Assembly: GCF_032191835.1 (NCBI RefSeq)
Contig: NC_083231.1
Coordinates: 64,108,001-64,172,000, forward strand
Direction of reading: 5' to 3'
Length of the DNA: 64,000 bases
Source of the DNA: Heteronotia binoei
Lineage: Eukaryota
Part shown: positions 46,887 through 59,150 of the stretch, one piece after another
How the letters are laid out: every line of letters begins with the position of its first letter
Numbering within the stretch: the first letter of the stretch is position 1
Made by a program: the position numbers and the translations under genes
The notes under the pieces: generated by a model
What the model saw: only the letters and a program-made list of their open reading frames with translations
Told to the model about the DNA's origin: nothing
Databases searched by the model: none

Positions 46887-47785
46887 CTGGCTTACTAGCC
46901 CCCTGGTGGGGCGGGGGATTTCCTGGTTTGAGAACTCCTCCCCCAGTTTGGAAGAATCCAGTCGTAGGGAGGAATGTTGGTGCCATGTGATGCTCTAGCC
47001 TTTCCTCCTCCTAGTCTCTATAGTAGGCATAGAGTAGAAAGGCTAGAGCATCATTGCTGCATGAGGACTCCCTCCCTGCTAGCACCCCCAGGAAGCTGCT
47101 ATCCTGGGCTGACCCCTAGGGGGCTGAGCCAGGCAGGTGAGTCAGTGCAGCAACTGCTGTGCTGGCCACACTCCAAAGTGGGCAGGTGAGTATTTTGCCC
47201 ATACCAGTGTGTGTGAATGAGAGTGGAGGTAGGGTAGGGGAAGTCAAGTGTGTAACTGGCCTGCCAGCCAGCGCTATCCAAGGGAGATGGGTGTGTGTGT
47301 GAATGAGTGGGAGAGTGGAGATGTGGGTGAGGGAGGCCACACATATCCTTCTCCCCTTCAGTAACTGGCCTGCTAGCCAGCGCTGTCCATAATAAATAAA
47401 TGTATGTGTGAATGAATGAATGAATGAGAGAGTGGAGGTGGGGCCATGCATGTCTTCTTTCCCCTCAGTAACTGGTGTACCAGCCAGCGTGATCCAGATG
47501 TGTGTGTGTGTGTGAATGGGTGTGAGAGAGAAGTGGGGGTGGAGGAGGCCATACACATCCTTCTCCCCATCAGCAATTGGCCCACCACCCCTTGTGGGTC
47601 TGCCAGCCGGCACTATCAGGGAGTGAATGGGTGGAAGAGTGGAGGTAGGGGGAGGCAGCCAGCCATCTTCTCTGCTTCTCCGTGTACACGGAGAGGCTTT
47701 GAGGTGTTTTCTTTCACAGTAACCTCCGTGGTCCCGGCTTTGATTGCCACCTTCTCCGCCTCAGCAACTGCAACCTGGCACCCCT
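46887..47785. mobile_element. Long TAGGGTTGCCA-family element with an internal minisatellite
   Basis: The left end resembles the start of 59364 (CCCCCTGGTGGGGCGGGGGATTTCCTGGTTTG). The right end is CCTGGCACCCCT. Confidence 0.5.
47150..47640. repeat. Diverged ~107-bp tandem repeat, 4-5 units
   Basis: The anchor G(T/C)AA(C/T)TGG recurs at 47252, 47361, 47468 and 47573, with a weaker copy at 47150. Each unit has (GT)n-GAATG and GAGTGGAG blocks. Confidence 0.8.
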
Positions 47786-47969
47786 CTCTTTCCTAATACT
47801 AGGACTGGGGTTCATCCAATGAAACTGGGTAGGACAGACAAAAGAAACATTTCTTCACACAAAACAGGATTTACTAAGGGAATTCACAGCAGAGAAGGAT
47901 CCACTGGTCTTAGTGGTTTTAAAAGAATACTAGAAAATTCTTAAGGGAAAAGAGCTCTGTCAATGGCTA

Positions 47970-48181
47970 TAGTCAGCCTCCAAGTAGGGCCTGGGGATCT
48001 CCAGGAATTACAACTGATCTCTAGGCTCTAGAGATTAGTTTTCCTGGAGAAAACAGCTGCTTTGGAGATTGGACTCTACAGCTTGATACCCTGCTGAAGT
48101 TATTCCCCTCCCCATAGCCTGCCCTCCCAAAGGCCTGCTCCCAAATCTCCAAGAATTTCTCAACTCGGATTTGGCAACCCT
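47970..48181. mobile_element. TAGGGTTGCCA-family MITE (200-bp type, reversed)
   Basis: GCCTCCAAGTAGGGCCTGGGGATCTCCAGGAATTACAACTGATCT..GGATTTGGCAACCCTG. Similar copy at ~60945-61142. Confidence 0.75.
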
Positions 48182-50935
48182 GTGCCAAACTGGCTAAATG
48201 GAATTTCTGTGTTCAGTGGCGGTTTCTCTACTAAGAAGGAGAAATGGACATCCTCTTCACCACCTGCATCTTAGCTGTCCATTGCTGGAAGCAGAACACG
48301 GGACTTGGACAGTCCTTGGAATCATCTAGCCATATGGATGGCATCAAGGAGTAAGCAAATAATCCTTTCACTTGCATTCACCCAAGAATAGAAGGAAACA
48401 TGATGGCAAAATGTTCTACCTCCTTAGAAGATTCAGATGTTGTACTAGTATCTGTTCACATTCACCACCTTAGGGACTCTCACTAGGTGGAAAGATAACA
48501 TAAAAATGTGTTTAAAAAATAAGAGTTATATGTAAAATACCATCTAAACTCCCACCCTAATTTTAGGGTTTATGTTGAGCCCCACTAACAGCACTTATTT
48601 TTGATCACAAAGGTCTTGAGCAGGAATTACAAGGCAGAGGGCATTTCTGAGCATGGGCAGAGAACTTGTGATCTGCTGTAAGTGAGCTTAGCCACCCTCC
48701 CTGGAATTATGAAGTGAAGGGGACAGTCAAGAGGCCAGTCTTGCTTGGAGCTCTGAACCCCAGCTCCTGCTCTCCAGGGGAACAGATGTAGTCTAGAAGT
48801 TGTTGTAATTTCAGATCTCCAGACGCTATCTGGAGGTTGGCACTACTAAGCACTAACCACTGGCTTGGCAACTTTACCCTGGGCCCTGTGACTATGCTTT
48901 CATGAACTCTTTGTTCCAACTGTTGCCATAAACAGGTTCTTGCTTTTAGCTCAGTGTTCTGAAAAAAGCTTCATCACTGATGTCTGCACACCGAAGCTCT
49001 GTAAAAGGCACAGGAGCAAGCTTGGCTGGCTTTAGGCTGATCAGTTGACAGTCACCCACACCCCAGCAGTTGGAAGTTCACTGCAGACACCTGCTTTGGC
49101 CTCTGGCCTGCCTGGAGAGCTGAGCATCTGGCATGACAACTTTTCACCCACTCCCCCCAACATGGTTTCCAGCAGAAAAGGCCATAAAATTGAGGGAGAA
49201 GGTGAAGAAAAGTAGAACTGAGAAAACCTTGTGGGTCCTTCTAAAAGGAATGGTTAGGAAGGACAGACACCCAGACACCCTTTCTGATTGATTGATTGTC
49301 CTTCTTTCTCACTGAGGCTTAAGGTTTATTACAGAGCACCAGTCAACAGGCTAGGACATCCAATGAGCAATGTAATAGAATTAAGATTGCAGAAATCTGA
49401 AACGTGTGTGCACTAACAGCAGGTCCTTCTAAAAAGCTGCAACAAAAAATGGTGGTTCTACAGGGACTCATGACATTGCAGGTGAGGCTATGTAACCTAA
49501 CTAAGGTTACCAACCTGTGATCTGAAGACCACTGATCAAACTCCTAGCACCTTCCATGGTATATATTAGGGATATACTCATCTGTTCCTTTTAGTCTTTT
49601 TTTTTTTTTGCTTTTATATATTGCTGTGAATCTTTTTGTCCTGCCTATTTAAACTGCTAGTGTTTATGGTTCATTTGTTGTAGCCTGGGTACACTATTTA
49701 TATGCTATTTGCATGTTAATTATGCCATTTATTCACAATTGATGCACAAATAACATTGGAAAATATATACATGGACATAGAAAATGGCACAAATAAAAAT
49801 ACTCAAATTATACATTTGACTTGTACGAGGGAGAAGCAAAATCAAAACTGATTTTTTTTTTGCTTGAATCAGAACTGATGAGAAATTTAATAGCAGCCTT
49901 AGCATAAAAACACTAGAAGCTGCTAAGATGGTATCAGCCAAGTTGTCAGCCATATGTAGCTAACTTTGCTGGTGGTCCTTCTGAAACCTGCACAGACAGC
50001 ACTAACCCAGCAATTGTATCATTTGTTTCTTAGAAGGAAGGAACGTTATTTTTAAAATTTAGAAATGTGAGCAACATAAGCATTTTGGGCACTTTAATTA
50101 TTTTATGCACAACGTTAAGCTAAGAGGCCCCCCAAACTCCCTCCCCCCTGTGCCGTGAAGCATCTAGGGTTCTTTTGAATGCATGGCTACTCCTCATCAG
50201 ACTATACAGCTAATAAGCAACTGCTTTAAGTGAATTCTCTTCATCAGTAAACGCCCCAAGTGCTTGCCAGTTTTTTCACATTTTTAAAAGAGCAGCCTGG
50301 TCTTGGATGCAGTACATTGCAAAATAAATGCATATGTGTTGAAGGCCCTCTCCAAATATGTATGCTGTCCATTTGATGCTACACAGAGATATAACAATAG
50401 CTTTATTTTAAAATAAAACTGCTGACAACTTCACTTGTGTGTGTATATTCTTTTATGTAATAGTTTTTAATATTAATCTCTTCATTATACTAATAGAAAC
50501 CCCTTACAAAATATGTCACTGGACCTAAGAAATAGTGTAAGACACTCTTTTCTTCTTGCTGCAGATAAGTGAAGGCTTGTGGGAAGCTGTGATAAGTTGC
50601 TGGTTTTTATCTGCTAAGTGCACAATGCTTGTAAAGATGGCAATGGCCTTGTTACCACTTGACATGACACTAGTTTTAGCTGTTTACGTTGACACACCAC
50701 TGCACTCTTTTAAAGCCACAGCCTGGGGTCAGATTCATTAGAGTACTTCATAGATGATACCAATAGAGCATCTGGTCTTTATGCTGACTGCTCTAAGCAA
50801 GGGAGAGGTAAATCAATGGAGTTCAGTACACCAATTGCAACCTCTTATTTCCTTGTGGTTCTCCCCACTATATGTACACACACACACACAAGTTTAGTTC
50901 TCTGTCCCATGAGTACTTATTGAGATAGACTAGAG

Positions 50936-51435
50936 CAGTTGTGTCGAACTCATTTGTTATGAGGTTCCGATCTGACATAAAAGAGACCTTGTTGGGCTGG
51001 GCTATGTCTGGTTGGGCCGAGCCATGTTGGGCCAGGACATGTGTGTACCTATTTAAAATTAGGTAGCAGAGATATAAATTTTATAAAGGACACAGACAAA
51101 CACAAACATATATCATTTAAAAACTTTAAACGTGCTTAAAACGTTAGCACTCATTGGTCTTTCTTTGTATTTCTCCGATGGGATCCAGGGAACTGGGCAA
51201 AGGAAGCTCTGGCTCTTTCCTTCTTTCCCCAAGGGAAGAGCCTCAGCCAGTGGAGAAAATAGAGGTTTTGTCCTGTAGCTCCTGTGCAATTGAACAAGCC
51301 TTGCAAAGCAAGCTGTGAAGCAGAAGGGAGCAAGAGAGAAGGAGAAGGAAGCAGATGACAGCCAGTTCTCGGGGGCCTGATAGGAGCCCTCTGCGGGCCT
51401 GATTCGGCTCCCAAACTTCATGTTTGACACCCTTG
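50936..51435. mobile_element. Non-autonomous hAT-Charlie element (500 bp)
   Basis: TIRs CAGTTGTGTCGAAC / GTTTGACACCCTTG. TSD GACTAGAG / GACTAGGG. Homologous to 20082-20661. Confidence 0.85.
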
Positions 51436-51644
51436 GACTAGGGTATTTTGTTGTTGTTCAGTTGCACAGTCAAGTCCGACTCTTTGCAACCCCATGGACA
51501 AAGTCACGCCAGGCCCTCCTGTCTTCCACCATCCTCAGAAGTCTGCTCAAATTTGTATTTGTTACATCAGTAACGCTATCCAGCCATCTCATCTTTTGCT
51601 GTCCCCTTCTTCTTTTGCCTTCTGTTTTTCCCAGCATCAGAATC

Positions 51645-51813
51645 AGTAATAGGCCACTACCTACCAGCTATGTATGGCTCTGCTCAGCTATGTATGGCTT
51701 TGCTCACTGTGCTGCATTCCTCGTCTGATGAAGTGTGCTTAAGAACACACAAAAGCTTACGTTCTCAATAAAAATTGGTTGGTCTTAAAGGTGCAACTTG
51801 ACTCCTGCTTTGT
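51645..51813 (+). mobile_element. ~170-bp hammerhead-bearing Penelope-like insert within BovB
   Basis: Interrupts the BovB sequence CAGCATCAGGATCTTCTCC, with target duplication TCAGAATC (51637-44) / TCAGGATC (51814-21). Contains the CTGATGA hammerhead core and the family's AATAAA..TGGTCTTAAAGGTGC..GACTCC motif. Confidence 0.7.
51722..51761 (+). ncRNA. Degenerate minimal type I hammerhead ribozyme motif
   Basis: CGT-CTGATGA-A-GTGTG-cttaagaa-CACAC-AAAA-GCTT-ACG. Stem I CGU/ACG, stem II GUGUG/CACAC and the palindromic AGCU at stem III are present. Only G12 of GAAA is changed to A (CpG-type change). Confidence 0.65.
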
Positions 51814-54800
51814 TCAGGATCTTCTCCAGTGAGTGCTCCCTTCTCATTTGGTGGCCAAAGTATTTGAGCTTCAGCTTCAGCATCTGACCTTCCAGGGAAT
51901 AGTCTGGGTTGATTTCCCTTAGGACTGACTGATTTGATCTTCTTGCAGTCCAGGGGACTCTCAAGATTCTTCTCCAGCGCCACAGCTCAAAAGCATCTAT
52001 TCTTCTGCACTCGGCCTTCCTTATGGTTCAGCTCTCACAGCCATACATTACTACTGGGAATACCATCGCTTTGACTATACGGATTTGTGTTGGCAGGGTG
52101 ATGTCCCTACTTTTTATTATACTGCCCAGGTTCACCATAGCTGTCCTCCCAAGGAGCAAACGTCTTTTAATTTCATGGCTATAGTCACCATCTGCAGTAA
52201 TCTTGGATCCCAGAAATGTGAAGTCTGTCACGACTTCCATGTCTTCCCCTTCTATTTGCCAAGGTGTGATGGGGCTGGATGCCATGATCTTAGTTTTTTT
52301 GATGTTGAGTTTCAAGCCTACTTTTGTGCTCTCCTCTTCCACCCTCAACAAGAGGTTTTAGGTCCTCCTCACTTTCTGTCATTAGAGTGGTGTCATCTGC
52401 ATATTTGAGGTTGTTGATGTTTTCCCCAGCAATCTTAATTCCGGTTTGTGCTTCATCCAGGCCAGCATTCTGCATGAGGTACTCTGCATATAAATTAAAT
52501 AAGCAGGGTGGCAATATATATCCTTGTCGAACTCATTTTCCTATTCTAAACCAATCAGTTGTTCCATATCCCGTTCTGACCATTGCTTCTTGACCCTTAT
52601 ACAGGTTTCTCAGGAGACATATGAGGTGGTCTGGTACTCCCATCTCTTTAAAGACTTGCCACAGTTTGTTGTGATCCACGCAATCAAAGGCTTTAGCATG
52701 GTCAATGAAACAGAAATAGACGTTTTTCTGATACTCCCGTGCTTTCTCCATAATCCAGCGAATGTTGGCAATTTGATCTCTAGTTCCTCTACCTCTCTGA
52801 AACCCCGCTTAAACTTCTGGTAGTTCCCAATCTACATACTGCTGAAGCCTAGTTTGTAGGATCTTTAACATGACGTTGCTGGCATGTGAAATGAGTGCAA
52901 TGGTGCGATAGTTTGAACATTCCTTGGCATTACCCTTCTTTGGGATTGGGATATAAACTGACCTTTTTCAGTCCTGTGGCCACTGTTGCATTTTCCAGAT
53001 TTGTTGACATAATGTGTGCATCACTTTAACAGCAGCATCTTTTAGGACTTTGAATAGCTCAACTGGGATACCGTCATCTCCGCTTCACTTTGTTGTTAGT
53101 AATGCTTCTGTGTATTCTTACCTCCTCTTCCTGATCTCTTCTGCTTCTGTTAGGTCCCTACTGTTTTTGTCCTTTATCATGGCCATCTTTGCACGAAATG
53201 TTCCCTTGATTTCTCCAGTTTTCTTGAAGAGATCTCTTGTCCTTCCCATTCTATTATTTTCCTCTTTTGCTTTGCATTGTTCCTTCAGGAAGGCCTCCTT
53301 ATTTCTCCTTGCTGTTCTCTAGAAATCTGCATTCATTTGGGTGAATTTTTACTTTTCACCTTTGTCTTTCGCTTTCCTTCTTTCCTCAGCTATTTGTAAA
53401 GTCTCATCAGACAACCACTTTGCTTTCTTGCATTTCTTTTTCTTTGGGATGGTGCTGATTGCTGCCTTCTGTACAATGTCACGAACCTCTGTCCATAGTT
53501 CTTCCAGCACTCTGTCTGTCAACTCTAGTTCCTTAAAGTTATTCTTCACCTCCACTGTATATTCATAAGGGATGTGATCAAGGTCAAACCCAAATGACTT
53601 GATGGCTTTCCCAGTTTTCTTCAGTTTAAGCCTAAATTTTACAATGAGTAGCTCATTATCTGAGCCACGATCAGCTCCAGGTCTTGTTTTTGTTGACTGT
53701 AAGGAGCTTCTCCATCTTTGGCTGCAGAGTATATAATCAATCTGATTTCTGTGTTGCCCATCAGGTGATGTCCATGTGTAGAGTCGCCTTTTAGGTTGTT
53801 GGAAGAGGGTGTTCGCTATAACCAGTTTGTTCTCTTGACAAAATATTAGCCTTTGCCCAGCTTCATTTTGTTCTGCAAGGTCAAACTTGTCAGTTGTTCC
53901 GGTTACCTTTTGACTTCCTACTTTGGCATTCCAGTCCCCTATGATGAGGAGGACATCTTTTTTTGGTGTTAATTCTAGAAGGTGTTGTAGATCTTCATAG
54001 AACTGGTCCACTTCAGCCTCTTCTGCATCAGTGGTTGGGGCATATACTTGGATTACTGTGATATTGAATGGTTTGCCTTGGATACGAACCGAGATCATTC
54101 TGTCATTTTTGAGATTGTATTCCATTACTGCCTTCCTCACTCTCTTGTTAACTATAAAGGCCACACCATTTCTTCTATGGGACTCTTGCCCACAATAATA
54201 GATGTAGTGATCCTCTGAGTTAAATTCGCCCATTCCCATCCATTTTAATTCGCTGATTCCCAAGATATCGATGTTCAGTCTTGCCATCTCTTGTTTGATT
54301 ACATCCAGCTTACCTTGATTCATAGATCTTCCATTTCACGTTCCAATGCAGTATTGTTCTTTGCAGCATCGGACTGTTCTTTAACCATCAGATACATCCA
54401 CAACTGAGCGTCCTTTCAGCGTTTGGCCACTTCACTCTTTCTGTGGTTACTTGAACTTCCCCTCTGTTTGTCCACAGTAGCATATTGGGCACCTTCAGAC
54501 CTGAGGGGCTCATCCTCCAGCGCCACATCTTTTAGCCTTTTGTTACTGTCCATGGGGTTTTCTTGGCAAGGATACTGGAGTGGTTTGCCATTTCCTTCTC
54601 CAGTGGATCACATTTTGTCTGGGTTCTCAGCTGCAGCCTGTCCATCTTGAGTGGCCCTGCATGGCATAGCTCACAGCCTCATTGAACCGTGCAAGCCCTC
54701 TCGCCACATCAAGGTAGCAATCCATGAGTGGGGACTAGAATACAGAAAATGCTTTTATTCCTAGTGAATTTGCTGTTTTCTATTTTATCTACGATCAGAA

Positions 54801-57776
54801 AATGGTAGTAAGAAATGTAATGTTTGGCCCCAATGCATGATTACATCTTTCTAAGATACAGTGTTCCCTACATATTTCTTGCTTCCTTTCTCTGTTGCAT
54901 TTGTGTGCCATTAGTAATTTCCCATTTGTCTTTGGCGGACTGTAGCTTCCCAGTCCCTGATCCAACCATAGGCTTTAATGCAGCCAAACTAGAGTTCCTG
55001 AAGACAATGCACATTTTAATCTGCATTGCTAGAAATACATATCTGATCCACTGCCAGCAAGGCAAATAGGAATTACTTTGGATGTCTTAGAGATACAGCG
55101 CTCTGTAGATTCAGATCCAGATTTACATCCACACCTATTCACAGCTCCCTGTCCTATGAATGAATCATGTTCAGATGCCTGCTACCACATGCTTTTCATG
55201 CTTGCCCAAAATCAATCGTTCCTAAGGCAATTGTATTCATTAGTGATGGTTCCGATGCCTACATGCCACAAGGCTGTTCTTGCCCTTAGCACAATTACCA
55301 CATTTGTTAAATAACCCCTCGGATCACCACAACATCCAATTTCTGCCTCAGAGATTTTATGTATCTTCAAGGGAAATGTATGCTGTCATATTCTTTTGTT
55401 TTTCTTTTTGTTTTCTTTTGTTTTTAAGAGAATTTCCTGTGCCAAAGATCCAATAGAATTGCCTCAAAAAAGCCAGAAATACCCTTTGACAGCCCCCCCC
55501 TTTAAAATCTGATTTTCATCCCACCCCACACCCCATTTCATAGAAATCAATAAAAGCATAGCATTTACTTCTACTTTTGGGCAGGCAAACAACAAACTTG
55601 AACATAATATAGAATTTAATCACAAAAATACAAAGGGTGTGATATAGCCAAGTTAAGCAAGTTGACTCTCCATTGATTTACATTGGAAAGTGCTGAGCTG
55701 GTGCTTAACCACTTAAATCAATAGGCTTTAGTTGAGAGTAGTTTTGACCTGATCATAGCCAAATATTTTCCATTATTTCTTCCTGAAAGTGTTGACTGAA
55801 TACAGCTTGTCCAGAATTCAAATTATTGGTCTGAATATTTCACTGAAGATAAAGCACTGGTATCTCTTGATACAATTTAAATAGGTTTGGGGTTTTACTC
55901 TCTCGAACAGTGGGCAAGCAATCTGGACATTTTAGTAAAAAAGGGATTTTGTTTTCTTTAAATATAGTAAAGTGGAACTTTCCATTTTTCTCTGGCAGTT
56001 ATTCTGTAACACTGAACCAAAAGTAAGTTTTTTGACACTTGATCTTTAAAACTGCCCATATAATGATGAATGGTCAATTATGACTTAACTATGGAGTTGT
56101 GCAGCTTGTTCTTATCAAAAAGTTAGCACTCACTTAATGCTATAGATTTTTGCCTAGAAATATCTTATTTTTCTTTAAAGTGAGAAACCTGGCAGATTAC
56201 GTATTTTGTCATTTCCAACATCAGGCCTTCAAAATAATTCAGCATCCCACAGCGACTTAATACCTCTACCAGTTTGACATTTTAGTTGCTTGACATATAC
56301 TGGTAAGAGATTATGGAAGAACACTTACTCTCCAGCAATCATTTCTCTACTGATGGGTGAAAATTGTTCAGAACCCATAACTGAGATTACAATAACCATT
56401 TTGGATAGCAGCTGATCCAATAAACTAAAATTGAGCATATGATAAACGGAAATGCATCATGTGCTGAATTAAGAGCCCTGACACTGAGCCCTTAGGTCTT
56501 TTTATATACCATTCTACAACCATAAATCAGTTGACAAGTGGAGCAGTTTTGACAGACAAGAAACGGCCTTTTTGGAGTCCCGTGAGGTTGTTTAGAGAGG
56601 ACATTGCAGGATTCAATAGGGCAGATAAAGGGGATAGTCTTCAGTGAGCATTAGAGAACCACTTGCGCTGATGCATGACTGTAATTCATCTAAAATATGT
56701 CACAGAGGCTTTTGTCTTGTTTCTATGCAAGCCTGCTGATACAACCCTTCCCCTTTTAAAGCACATAATAGCCTGTATAATTCAGAGGTGCAAAATAAAA
56801 ATCCATATTTAATTGAAAATTTGAAAAGAAACTCAAAGAACAAAATGCATTTTATGATGATACCTCCTTCATAATAGAGCAGCCAAGCATTTCATGTGTA
56901 ATAGAGTCTCCCCTTGCCAAACCAGGCTCTTTCTTTTTCTTTTTCTGTTGCTGTTAGCATGTGATAATGAATAATAATGCTAATATCTCAATGCTGCAGC
57001 TTTCCCCCCCAATCAATTTACAGCTCTTTAACTTCAGGCCTTTTTTAGTGTATGACTAAGGGAAGGCATAATGGTTGGAGGCTGAGGCCAGAGCAACACC
57101 TCACATTAAATGTGCAGCTGTCACTGACCAGGGCAATCACACATTTATTTGTCCCCCTCCATTCCTTTGTAGTGTTGGGTAGACATCCAAATGCCAACCT
57201 GAAGACACTCTCTTTACTTTTGCAAGGTTCCTTGTAAGGCACTCAAAAATGCTTGACAGACATTTGCAGGTTCTTCACAAGACAGTCCCAAACTATGTAC
57301 CTGTGCCTGAGTAAATGAGACATCTGATTGTAACCAGACTTTCAGGGAAATAGTGCTCAATTCATTCTGGATGGTGTTGCACTCTTATGGAAGGAAGAAA
57401 CTGGCAGTTTGGGATGCCTTTAATTCAGTCTTGAACAGTCTTCAGCTGTTCAAATAGCAGCTGTGGCACAAAGGTTTCCCTACTTAGCCTACTATACCAC
57501 CTCTGGACAGTAGCCATGGTGGAACCGGCGTGTGCATTTGTTCACCTCAGAATTTGTCAAGAAGGCTGTTTGTTTGCTTGTTTGTAATATGACAGCTTCA
57601 ATTTGAAGAAGAAAAAACTTGTTTTTAGAAGAAGATATTTCCTTGCTTTAAAAATAGTAGCAAGAACGTGCCTTCAGGAGTGGTGGTACACCAAACCCCA
57701 TTGGCTTGATTTGCCCAGTTCTGCCATCGGAGATTCCTCCTGGGCTCTGGATGAATTTTTCAAGAACACTTTCACT

Positions 57777-57924
57777 CAGGGCCAGCCCTGCCACTAGGCA
57801 AACTAGGTGATTGCCTGAGGACAACAAATTGGGCACCCCCGTGTGACTCAGTGATGTTATCAGTGTGGGGTGGGTCAGAAGTTAAGCCTTGCCTAGGGTG
57901 CCAGACAGTCTAGGGCCAGCCCTG
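57777..57924. mobile_element. Small hAT-like MITE with CAGGGCCAGCCCT ends
   Basis: CAGGGCCAGCCCTG..AGGGCCAGCCCTG termini. No TSD found. Confidence 0.55.
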
Positions 57925-58285
57925 ATCATAACCATGCTTAAGTGATCCTGAGAAAAATCGCCTCTGAAGTTAGTGAAACTGTGAAGGGGGGAAGGGATAA
58001 CTAATGGTTATTATTTATTTAAGGAAGGTGTTCATTATGAACAGGTAAATTTTTTGAGCTTTAAAATCACCAGACTGGATCAGAATTACTGGCAACAGAG
58101 TGAAGTTGGCAGACCAGGGCTTCTCTGCCTCCCCATTCTTATTGTGGCTGATCTCCCACACTGATCCCCCACTCCTTCAGCTCCTGTAGTCAAGGGACTT
58201 CAGGAACAATTTGGGGGGTGGCAAAGTGAGGGTATGCAACAGGAGGAGAAGATCAAGAGAAACCACTCTCTCTTCCTCATCCAGC

Positions 58286-59150
58286 AGAACATAAGAACAT
58301 AAGAAATCAGGCCAATGACCCATCCAGTCCAACACTCTGTGTCACACAGTGGCAAAAACAAAACAAAACCAGACACCATCAGGAGATCCATCAGTGGGGC
58401 CAGGACACTAGAAGCCCTCCCATTGTGCCCCCCCAAGCACCAAGAATACAGAGCATCACTGCCCCAGACAGAGAGTTCCAACAATACGCTGTGGCTAATA
58501 GGCACTGATGGAGCTCTGCTCCATATGTTTATCCAATCTCCTCTTGAAGCTGTCTATGTTTGCAGCCACCACCACCTCCTGTGGCAGTGAATTCCATGTG
58601 TTAATCACCCTGTGGGTGAAGAAGTACTTCCTTTTATCCATTCTTACCCAACTGCTCAGCAATTTCATTGAAGGTCCCTGAGTTCTCATATTGTGAGAAA
58701 GGGAGAAAAGTACTATTTTCTCTACCTTCTCTATCCCATGCATAATCTTGTAAACCTCTGTCATGTCACCCCTCAGTTGACGTTTCTCCAAGCTAAAGAG
58801 CACCAAGTATTTTAACCTTTCTTCATAGGGAAAGTACTCCAACCCTTTAATCATTCTAGTTGCCCTTTTCTGGACTTTTTCCAATGCGATAATATTTTTT
58901 TTTAGGTGCGGTGACCAGAACTGTACACAGTATTCCAAATGAGGCCACACCATCGATTTATACAGGGGCATTATGATAGTGACTGATTTGTTTTCATTTC
59001 CTTTCCTAATAATTCCCAGCATAGTGTTGGCCTTTTCTATTGCAGTTGCACACTGTCTCAACATTTTCAGTGAGTTATCTACCATGACCCCAAGATCTCT
59101 CTTTTGTTCAGTCTCTGCCAGTTCACACCCCATCAACTTGTATTTATAGT
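58286..59150 (-). mobile_element. CR1 LINE 3' fragment with open C-terminal ORF2
   Basis: Frame ..RDLGVMVDNSLKM..KANTMLGIIRKG..PHLEYCVQFWSPHLKK..LEKVQKRATRMIKGLE, then a 3' UTR and (AGAACATA)n tail. Confidence 0.9.

Larger units (their letters stand above)
51446..54732 (-). mobile_element. RTE-BovB LINE, near full length and defective
   Basis: Open 324-aa APE ORF (53349-54323), RT fragments with YADDTTL, BovB 5' UTR at the right and a (TTG)n tail at the left. Probable TSD GACTAGGGTA (51436-45) / GACTAGAATA (54733-42). Confidence 0.93.

Noticed and set aside
47116-47613. 165-aa minus-strand ORF with repeated motifs
   Set aside because: Translation of a non-coding minisatellite. Overlapping frames are equally open and there is no coding signature.
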